Shown here one piece after another: positions 31,222 through 38,690 of a stretch of 64,000 nucleotides of DNA. Within the stretch, counting starts at the first letter, position 1. Each line of letters begins with the position of its first letter. The position numbers and the translations under genes are program-made. Below the pieces are notes generated by a model that made no database searches, had not been told where the DNA came from, and saw only the letters and a program-made list of their open reading frames with translations. The DNA lies in assembly GCA_963731735.1 (NCBI GenBank), contig CAVSWO010000002.1, positions 402,891-466,890 of the forward strand, read 5' to 3'. This DNA is from Candidatus Kerfeldbacteria bacterium. Lineage in GTDB: Bacteria > Patescibacteriota > Patescibacteriia > SBBC01 > CAIJZX01.

Positions 31222-31250
31222 GTGGAAAAAAGCAACCCCGAAGGGTTGCT
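31222..31250 (-). terminator. rho-independent terminator (minus strand)
   Basis: An A6 run precedes the gcaaccc-cgaa-gggttgc hairpin on the plus strand, which gives a hairpin plus U-tract on the minus strand. It overlaps the stop codon of the 31249-31500 ORF. Confidence 0.6.
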
Positions 31251-31500
31251 AGTGTGTGCCGGTGATAACGGCGTCGAAGTCACGACCGGAAAACGGATGC
31301 TCGGGTCGAGGAAAGAAGTAGAGCAATGATCCGGGACCCGACAGCGGTTGACCGGGCAATGCTCGATCGAGATCTCGCAGCCGCAGCCGAAAGTGGCGAT
31401 GACGAAGTGATCGTTCGGGACCGATCGGGCGCCCACAGTTCGAACACGGACTGACGCCGAAGGGGATGTTCTGTCCACAATGATGACAATGCAGTTGCAT
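31249..31500 (-). CDS. small zinc-ribbon protein (two CxxC pairs)
   Basis: MQLHCHHCGQNIPFGVSPCSNCGRPI. A terminator sits at its stop codon. Confidence 0.4.
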   Translation of the reverse strand: MQLHCHHCGQNIPFGVSPCSNCGRPIGPERSLRHRHFRLRLRDLDRALPGQPLSGPGSLLYFFPRPEHPFSGRDFDAVITGTH

Positions 31501-31553
31501 CGTTCCTCCGGGGAGCGGGTAAGGAGCGGGTCTGTCGGCAGGCTACGGAATTG

Positions 31554-31568
31554 TTGACAGACTGTCAA
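31554..31568 (+). promoter_or_regulatory. perfect 7-1-7 palindrome TTGACAGaCTGTCAA (operator candidate) 36 nt upstream of holA
   Basis: Exact inverted repeat lying over or just upstream of the TGCTACACT -10 element (31589-31597). Confidence 0.4.
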
Positions 31569-31603
31569 TATATTGGCCGAGCCGGACGTGCTACACTAGG
31601 TCT

Positions 31604-32572
31604 ATGGTTATCGAGTTACGCGGTCCCGATACGTTTCGTTCGCAGCAGCGGCTGAACCAGCTGCAACGAGCATTTCGTGAAAAACACGATCCACGCGGTT
31701 TGAGTATGCGGTGGCTGGATGGACAGACAGCCAGTTTTGAAGACATTCGCGACGCGGTCACGGCCAGCGGCTTTTTCTCGACAAAAAAATTTATTGCGCT
31801 GAATTATTACCAACCGAAAAAATCCCCGGTTCGGGGTGAACAATTGATCGAAATACTCCAGCCGATCATAGCTTCCAAAGATTCGATTGTCGTAATTCGG
31901 GAAACAAGCAGCCAGGAGACTGACGCAGCCCGAAGGCGCACGAAAAAAATCGCTTTCAAACCCCTGGTACCAAAATCTAAACTTGAACTATTTGCGCCGC
32001 TGACTGATGCGGAACTTCGAAGTTGGATAACCTCCGAAATTAAACGACTCGGCGGGAACATGAAACCGGAGGCAGTGGAACGATGCCTGGTATTGTGCGG
32101 TCAAGACCTCTGGCGCTTGCATTCGGAATTGGAAAAGCTGGCCGCCTACGCAGGCGATCGGTCGATTGATGTGGCGATGGTGGAAGATCTGGTCCATTCA
32201 AGCGTCTCTTCAGATGTCTTCGCGCTGACCGATGCATTAGGCAATCGGCAGACGGCGGAAGCGCTGCGCTTGCTCGATCAGGAATTAACTTCGGGCAACC
32301 ACCCCTTGGCCCTAATCAGTCTACTGGCGAATCATGTTCGGCGTTTATGGTTGATAAGCCGGGCGGCTCAAGCCGGCCAGAAACCCCAGCAGATTGCCGA
32401 ACAATTCCATCTCCATCCGTATGTGGTCCAAAAAGGCTTGGCCCAAGCCCGCCAAGCGCCAATCGGGTTACTGCAACGCTGGCACCACCAACTTATGCAG
32501 ACTGACTTGGCACTCAAAAGCACGCCGTTGGACGCGGCCACGCTGCTGACTCTGCTGATTGTTCGGGATTAA
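31604..32572 (+). CDS. holA: DNA polymerase III delta subunit
   Basis: 322 aa with the delta-subunit architecture (GQDLWRLHSELEKLAAY..., C-terminal helical domain). Confidence 0.7.
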   Translation: MVIELRGPDTFRSQQRLNQLQRAFREKHDPRGLSMRWLDGQTASFEDIRDAVTASGFFSTKKFIALNYYQPKKSPVRGEQLIEILQPIIASKDSIVVIRETSSQETDAARRRTKKIAFKPLVPKSKLELFAPLTDAELRSWITSEIKRLGGNMKPEAVERCLVLCGQDLWRLHSELEKLAAYAGDRSIDVAMVEDLVHSSVSSDVFALTDALGNRQTAEALRLLDQELTSGNHPLALISLLANHVRRLWLISRAAQAGQKPQQIAEQFHLHPYVVQKGLAQARQAPIGLLQRWHHQLMQTDLALKSTPLDAATLLTLLIVRD

Positions 32573-32832
32573 GCTGAGCGCTTAACGGCGGCGGCAATTC
32601 GGGATTTCTTGCGGGCGGCCGTATTGGCGTGAATGACCCGATGCTGGGAGGCTTTATCGAGGGCCTTCGTGAACTGCACCTGAATTGCTTTGGCTTTGGC
32701 CAGATCTTTAGTGACTAACGCTTTGCGCAACAGAACATTGAGCTTCTTGAGCTGATGCTGGACGCGCAAATTCCGGGCACGACGAGTTTGGGCTTGACGG
32801 AGCGCCTTATAGGAGGCGCGTTTAACTGGCAT
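32569..32832 (-). CDS. rpsT: 30S ribosomal protein S20
   Basis: MPVKRASYKALRQAQTRRARN...AARKKSRIAAAVK. Confidence 0.9.
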   Translation of the reverse strand: MPVKRASYKALRQAQTRRARNLRVQHQLKKLNVLLRKALVTKDLAKAKAIQVQFTKALDKASQHRVIHANTAARKKSRIAAAVKRSA

Positions 32833-32972
32833 GAAACTTGTGAGAATAAGTCAATAAGGACAGGCGGAGTCTAGCAGCCGACGGTAATTTTTGCAAGTCC
32901 CGATCGGATTAAGACTCCGGTTTGGGCTTGACGGGGCAAGCTGAAAGAGTAGGCTAAAAAATAGCTATTTGT

Positions 32973-33185
32973 ATGGTGCTGGTTGGAGCTCGGCCCGAGC
33001 GTTCGCACCGACGCCCGGAAAGCATGGGTTGCCCCCTCCGATTCGGTGGTTTACCCGAAATACTGGGGCTCGAATCAGCGGATCAAGCTTGTTTCCAGCT
33101 ATCTTCCAAGACGCTCCATCGGCTGGACGCAATACCAGCACCATGTTCTCAGCCTTCCGTTCCCCCGGAAGGCTTTTTCTTTTCT
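32973..33185 (+). ncRNA. candidate structured small RNA (unknown family)
   Basis: An 11-bp perfect long-range helix (ATGGTGCTGGT at 32973-32983 pairs with ACCAGCACCAT at 33134-33144), then a gccttccg/cggaaggc hairpin followed by tttttctttt. No SD is present and the region is not protein-like. Confidence 0.35.
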
Positions 33186-33363
33186 TGACGCCCGTTTCGG
33201 ACAGGGGTAGGGTGACCTTAACTCTGACTCAAGCACAAATAAAGCCGAAAATCGGCCCGTTTGGCTTAGTCAGTCCGTTCATTGACAATCCATCTTCTTG
33301 ATGGCTGATTGTCATACCCTTGCCGGAAATTTCTCAGGTGTACATCCCCCAATGGAGGTTCCC

Positions 33364-34104
33364 ATGTACAAGACTGGTTTGGCACTCCTGCTGGGCGTGC
33401 TCTGCACGTTCAATACGCCGGCTTTGGCTGGCCAGGCAGGATTCGCCCAGGTGACGATCCGGCCACGGCAGCTGAACTGGCTGGGCACGGACATTCCGGC
33501 TGGCCAGCTGACTTTCTCGCTGTCATCGGATAGCGCGAATGTCCTGATGACCGATCGGACGGGCGCCACGTATCCGATGATTGTACACGATCCGAAACTT
33601 GAAGCCAGGCGCGCAAAGATTCGAGCGGCCGCGGCTAAGTTGCGTCCGGATACATTGCTCCAGGGCGTGACCGATTTTTCGGCCGCCCAACTGCGCTCGG
33701 GCAGATCCAAGTCGCAAGTTGCCGAAGACGTCGCGCGCTATCTTCGTCATAGTGCCGGGGTGTCTCAGGTAACAATCGATGGGAATACCGTCAGATACTG
33801 GCGCAATGGGAGTGAGCGCTTGATGCTCATCACAGATCCACTCGCTCTGCCAAGTCGTTCGGCACAGCTGATGAACTACGCGCAGAGCACCATCCAGTTG
33901 CTGCAGGCCGGTCACGTTGTATTCATCGAATTCGAAGCTCGAACCTGGATCGTGCCTCCAATCCATGTCAGGCGCATCTGGGAAGAAGTTGACGCGCTTC
34001 GCGCCGGTGAAGAACTACCACTGGGTCTCGTCAGACCGGCAGTTGCCGATCTCGTCAAGCACCCGTTCAACCCCCAGACTCTGCGGCCGCAGATGGGAGA
34101 CTAA
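33364..34104 (+). CDS. secreted hypothetical protein
   Basis: GGAGG lies 5 nt upstream. Signal peptide MYKTGLALLLGVLCTFNTPALA. Confidence 0.5.
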   Translation: MYKTGLALLLGVLCTFNTPALAGQAGFAQVTIRPRQLNWLGTDIPAGQLTFSLSSDSANVLMTDRTGATYPMIVHDPKLEARRAKIRAAAAKLRPDTLLQGVTDFSAAQLRSGRSKSQVAEDVARYLRHSAGVSQVTIDGNTVRYWRNGSERLMLITDPLALPSRSAQLMNYAQSTIQLLQAGHVVFIEFEARTWIVPPIHVRRIWEEVDALRAGEELPLGLVRPAVADLVKHPFNPQTLRPQMGD

Positions 34105-34106
34105 CC

Positions 34107-37004
34107 ATGCGCTGGCATGCATCGCTTTTGATGGCGTTGCTGATCAGTAGCCTGGTTCCGTCATCCACGCACGCCAATGAGTCTCCGTGGTCATCCGAAG
34201 CACTGATCGTCCAAGCGGCGGACTTTGAGGGCTGGAACGACGGTCTCTACGTCAAGTTCTTGGCCCCGAGCCTCGCGTACGGTCTGTCGGTGGTGACCGA
34301 ACCGGTTGTCAGCAACAGTCCGACGGTAACGGTCCAGCTGATGGCCAACCTGATTGCGCATGGATATGGCTGGGAATATTTCAGTTCGCATGGGAACGAC
34401 TGCCTGGCAGTCGAGTTCTATGCAAGCTCGAGCATACGTGATGCAACCATAACCAGCCTGTTGCAGTCAGGCGGCTACACTGCTGATGATCTAATCCGAG
34501 TTGATACTCTCTCGGGTGTGTATGGCATCGGACTCAAACCCCACTTCTTCACGCGTGGGTACTGGTTCGGCACGTTCGTTCACGTTTCGGCTTGCAAAGG
34601 GGCGATCCTGTCCCAAGGCATGCCGGGCGCGCTCGGATTCGTGGGCTACAATTACAGCGTGGCCTACTATCAGTCACGGCAAGCTGATTCGTTGTTCTAC
34701 CATCGACTCGGCGGCTTCACGACGCCCCAGGCACGAACGCTCGGTCAGGCGGTCAGCGGACTCCAGCTTAGCTGGGCCGGTGATCCAAATGCTGAGTTGG
34801 CACCAATGGTGTCGGCGACTGATCTGATCTACAACGAACGGATCAGTGGCGATGTCACGCGGTACGTGAAATTCAGCGGACCGATGAACACCGCTCCAGC
34901 CGAAAATGTAGTACGGGCGTCCGGAGCAATGCAGATCGTGAATGCCTTTTGGCAGGGAAATGACCAACTGGCATTTACAGTTCGGCCTCGCTATAAAGGG
35001 CCCGGCCAAGTCTGGATTGCGGCTGATACGACTTCGGGCATCTTCGGATCAGCCAAAAGCTATCCGGGACTGATTCCGTTAGTCGGGAACGTCAACGGTC
35101 CGTCGAGCATCGGCGGTCCGGGGACGAATGGCTACGCTCCGTTCGGGGACTATGCAGTTGCGATGTTCTCAGATGCGGGCGGAGATAACCCGGCGGCTGC
35201 AGTTACTGCCTTTACGGCAGTGGCTGCACCAAGCGGCATCCAGGCAAACTGGTCGGTCGAATCGGAAGCCGAAACGGAGCGGTATCGGATTGAACGCGCG
35301 AGCGATTGGTCCGGACCGTTTGTCACCGTTGGTGAAGTGCCGGCTACCCAGGCGCATCACTATCAACTCGACGATCCAAATGGTCAGGTGGAGGACATCT
35401 ACCGTTTGGTCGAAGTCGAAACCAGCGGTCGGGAACTGCGGCAAGCTGAGGAACAAGCTGTGGCCTCACTCAACATTGCTCCTGACCAGACTGTTACCGC
35501 GTCAGAAGCAGACAGCCTGGCCTCAGCGCTGCTACAGCGGTATCCGACCCAGACCACCATGGCTCCCCAGGATGTCCAACCGATCTACGGATGGGTGGCA
35601 GTTATTCCGGATGAGTCCTGGCGTTGGGCGATTCAGCCGCTGGTCAATTACCACCAGTCGCAAGGCATGGTGGCGCAGGCGATGACGCTGGATGAGTTAG
35701 GCAGTTGGGCAAACGAAACGGCGTTTTCCAGCTGGGCGGTCCATTACGGACTATGCTATTTGGTGAATTGTGCGGATGCCAACAATTGGATCACGCACGA
35801 CGACCCGAATTCGTATGTCAACGGATGGTCCTATCCCGGCTACGGATCGCAAGCGCAATATGACCTTCTGCCAACCCATTACCTGCTGGATCCGGTGGAT
35901 GAGCAGCCACACTCACAAACCTGGTTCACTCGGCACTTTGCGTGTGACTGGTTAAACGGGGCTGATGTTGACGGGGATTCCTTACCGGACATCGCCTATG
36001 GACGTCTGCCAGCTCGAACGCCTGAAGAATTAGCGGTTATGGTCGCCAAGACAATCACCGGTGATCAGCAAACGACCGAGCACCCGATTAGCGTCTGGGG
36101 AGAATTCCGGAGCTTGTCAGGGCTTGATGGACCATTCGCACAGCTGCTCACCGACAGCACCATCACCACCCGTCTTCAGGGGAAAGATGTCCGAAAGTTG
36201 TATAACACCGACGCCAACCCTTTGGCCTACTGGTATCGGGAACAGCAAGCGATTGCCGAATTGGTGGACGGTCGGACGATCATCCAAACCAGCGGCACGC
36301 AGTCGAATCGCTCAAAGTGGGCGATTTGGCTGGACCAGACGCAAGGATTTTCCTGGTCGCAAGTACCGGACCATACGGTTTTACCGTTACTGGTCGCGAC
36401 TAGCTGCGACATTCTCGATTTTGACCGCTCCGAAGATCCAACCTTTGGACGACCGCTGATCGAGCGTGCGCTGCTAGAACTTCAGAAGGGTCCGTTTGCA
36501 GCTGTGGGCTTCACCCGTGGCACCTGGCAACACGCCGACTATATGGCGGCCGATGAATTCTATCGACTGCTCTACGGAGTGGGCGCACGGTCAATCGGGG
36601 AAGCCTGGATAACAGCGCTGCATAACGTCGTTATTCAGCAGCCGGGTTACAAGTCACTGATGCTGGAAGCGATCATGCTGGGCGATCCAGCCGTCACAAT
36701 TCCGGGTATGCGGGTCTTGCAAACCACGGATGTGGAGGACATTTTGCCAGGGAGGCTGGCTATGACGGTTTCTCCTAATCCGGGTTTTGGGGCTCGGCAA
36801 ATTTCCTTCGGAGTGACGGAGGCGGACCATGTCCAACTGGCCATTTTTGATCTGCAGGGTCGAAAAGTTATCACCCTGATTGATCGCTGGATGCAGGCTG
36901 GGCACCACACGGTTCGTTGGGTGCCGCAACAACCGGGTCTGTATTTCGTTCGGGTCCAAGTCGGATCGGATGCAATCGTCAAGAAGGTGGTCGTGCTTCA
37001 GTAG
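34107..37004 (+). CDS. secreted protein with T9SS C-terminal sorting domain; N-terminal clan CD (gingipain/C25-like) cysteine peptidase candidate
   Basis: Signal peptide. The candidate catalytic dyad is SSHGN...VHVSACKG. The C-terminal ~80 aa (VSPNPGFGARQISF...VQLAIFDLQGRKVITL...AGHHTVRW...GLYFVRVQVGSDAIVKKVVVLQ) match the T9SS C-terminal domain pattern. Confidence 0.7.
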   Translation: MRWHASLLMALLISSLVPSSTHANESPWSSEALIVQAADFEGWNDGLYVKFLAPSLAYGLSVVTEPVVSNSPTVTVQLMANLIAHGYGWEYFSSHGNDCLAVEFYASSSIRDATITSLLQSGGYTADDLIRVDTLSGVYGIGLKPHFFTRGYWFGTFVHVSACKGAILSQGMPGALGFVGYNYSVAYYQSRQADSLFYHRLGGFTTPQARTLGQAVSGLQLSWAGDPNAELAPMVSATDLIYNERISGDVTRYVKFSGPMNTAPAENVVRASGAMQIVNAFWQGNDQLAFTVRPRYKGPGQVWIAADTTSGIFGSAKSYPGLIPLVGNVNGPSSIGGPGTNGYAPFGDYAVAMFSDAGGDNPAAAVTAFTAVAAPSGIQANWSVESEAETERYRIERASDWSGPFVTVGEVPATQAHHYQLDDPNGQVEDIYRLVEVETSGRELRQAEEQAVASLNIAPDQTVTASEADSLASALLQRYPTQTTMAPQDVQPIYGWVAVIPDESWRWAIQPLVNYHQSQGMVAQAMTLDELGSWANETAFSSWAVHYGLCYLVNCADANNWITHDDPNSYVNGWSYPGYGSQAQYDLLPTHYLLDPVDEQPHSQTWFTRHFACDWLNGADVDGDSLPDIAYGRLPARTPEELAVMVAKTITGDQQTTEHPISVWGEFRSLSGLDGPFAQLLTDSTITTRLQGKDVRKLYNTDANPLAYWYREQQAIAELVDGRTIIQTSGTQSNRSKWAIWLDQTQGFSWSQVPDHTVLPLLVATSCDILDFDRSEDPTFGRPLIERALLELQKGPFAAVGFTRGTWQHADYMAADEFYRLLYGVGARSIGEAWITALHNVVIQQPGYKSLMLEAIMLGDPAVTIPGMRVLQTTDVEDILPGRLAMTVSPNPGFGARQISFGVTEADHVQLAIFDLQGRKVITLIDRWMQAGHHTVRWVPQQPGLYFVRVQVGSDAIVKKVVVLQ

Positions 37005-37103
37005 GACACTGGAGCGTTCAAATTTATGTTGGTCGAATCATGACGATTCGACCAACATCTTCTTGAGCGAAAAAATTATTAGCATTATGAAAGGAGCATG
37101 CGT

Positions 37104-37286
37104 ATGAAAAAAATCTTGGCAATCGCGGGGCTGATCGGCATGATCGGCACGCTCGGATTAGCTATTTTGACACCCAACCCGGTGCGGGCACAAAATATGA
37201 CCTGGGGTCAGGTGAAATGCTTGTATAGCCCACGTTGTGCGGTCAAACCGCCGACGCTTCCAGACGACAATAAGGACGTTGGATAA
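37104..37286 (+). CDS. small secreted peptide (signal peptide + ~35-aa mature part with 2 Cys)
   Basis: AGGAG lies 7 nt upstream. MKKILAIAGLIGMIGTLGLAILTPNPVRA|QNMTWGQVKCLYSPRCAVKPPTLPDDNKDVG. A terminator follows. Confidence 0.45.
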   Translation: MKKILAIAGLIGMIGTLGLAILTPNPVRAQNMTWGQVKCLYSPRCAVKPPTLPDDNKDVG

Positions 37287-37294
37287 GCAATAAA

Positions 37295-37330
37295 AAAGAA
37301 GCCGTTCCTCACCAGGAACGGCTTTGTAGT
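37295..37330. terminator. bidirectional rho-independent terminator
   Basis: aaaaaag, then the gccgttcct-cacc-aggaacggc hairpin, then tttgtagtt. Confidence 0.65.
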
Positions 37331-37332
37331 TA

Positions 37333-38610
37333 TTAGAATCGAATGGCGTCCAGGAGCTGCGATCGTTGCAGGCCCCTAACCGGTCCGATCAGAATCATGT
37401 TCAATTTGTGCATTCGGATCATCCGACGCGCCAGTGTTTGGATGGTTGTCGGCGTAACCAACTGATTCAACTCTCGCACATACTGCTCGGCGGTCACCAG
37501 CTGGCCGCTGACCATCAGCATTTCGGCGAACAGCGAGGCTTCCCGAGCCGGGTCGAACGACCGATCCCGGGCGTGCCGTTTCAACGAACGCATCGTCAAT
37601 CGGAGCTCTTCGTCGTCCAGTGGTTGTTCACGCAACCGCCGTAACTCATCGCGGAGAACCCGTAAACACCGGATGAGGTTTTTTGGGCCAACCGAGGCGG
37701 TGATGACGAATTGTCCGGTTTCATGGTAATTCCAGACACTGCTGGAGGAACGGTGAACTAATCCGGTATCACCCATCAGCGAAATGACCAGTCGGGAACT
37801 CCACCGATTTGTGCCCCCAAAGTGATTGTTGAGGGCCGAAAGCACAATTCGGTTCGGATGGCCGAGTCCGAAGGTGGTCGGGAAGGCGATCGCGACGCGA
37901 ACGGTGCGTTGTGACTTGGGAACCAGCAGCAATCGGGGTCGGCGCTGGCGGCTCCGGAAGGGGCGCAATCGCAAACTGCCACCCGGTATACCAACAAAGG
38001 TTTTTCGGATATGTGTCTCGACCCGGGCTGGATCGAAATTTCCGGTCACCACCATCACTACCGGACCCCGTACCAAGCCGCGATGCCACCGCCGCAGATC
38101 ATTGATGGTGATGGACCGAATGATGCGGGCCAGGCCGGCTGGCTGGTGTCCCAATTGGTGGCCCGAGAACAGCAGCTTTTCTACCAGCTCTTCGGCTTGG
38201 ATATCGGGGTCGTCCTCGCGGTTACGCAATTCTTCCAAAATTCGCTCGCGTTCACGACGATAGATTGATACACGAATATCCTGAACGCGTAACATTTCGG
38301 CCAGAAAGTCGAGACACTCGTTAACGTGGCGACGCAGACATTCAGCACTGAACGTGATGGCGCCCTTGCCGGTGTTTTGGTCAAATGCGCTGGTGATACT
38401 GTCGACACGCTTGGCAAACAACTCGAAGGTTGGGTAAGAAGGCGTCTCGCCGGCGATGTGGTGTTCAACCGCGTGCGAAATCCCATTCTTACTCGGGGTT
38501 TCGAAACGTGTTCCGGCCAAAGCGATAGCGATACCGACTTCGCTCCGGCTGGCGTTGGGGAGAAGCACGCAGCGTAAACCGCGTCCCAGGGTGAAATTTC
38601 GAACCGACAC
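37333..38610 (-). CDS. M16 family (pitrilysin-like) zinc peptidase
   Basis: The inverted zinc motif HAVEHH (HxxEH). GTG start with GGGAGGTGA just upstream. Confidence 0.7.
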   Translation of the reverse strand: MSVRNFTLGRGLRCVLLPNASRSEVGIAIALAGTRFETPSKNGISHAVEHHIAGETPSYPTFELFAKRVDSITSAFDQNTGKGAITFSAECLRRHVNECLDFLAEMLRVQDIRVSIYRRERERILEELRNREDDPDIQAEELVEKLLFSGHQLGHQPAGLARIIRSITINDLRRWHRGLVRGPVVMVVTGNFDPARVETHIRKTFVGIPGGSLRLRPFRSRQRRPRLLLVPKSQRTVRVAIAFPTTFGLGHPNRIVLSALNNHFGGTNRWSSRLVISLMGDTGLVHRSSSSVWNYHETGQFVITASVGPKNLIRCLRVLRDELRRLREQPLDDEELRLTMRSLKRHARDRSFDPAREASLFAEMLMVSGQLVTAEQYVRELNQLVTPTTIQTLARRMIRMHKLNMILIGPVRGLQRSQLLDAIRF

Positions 38611-38690
38611 ACATCACCTCCCTGTGAAAGAAGTTGTCGAAGAACCAAAAAGAGCCCGGCTATCCTATACCCGTCGGTTCGGGATTGCAA

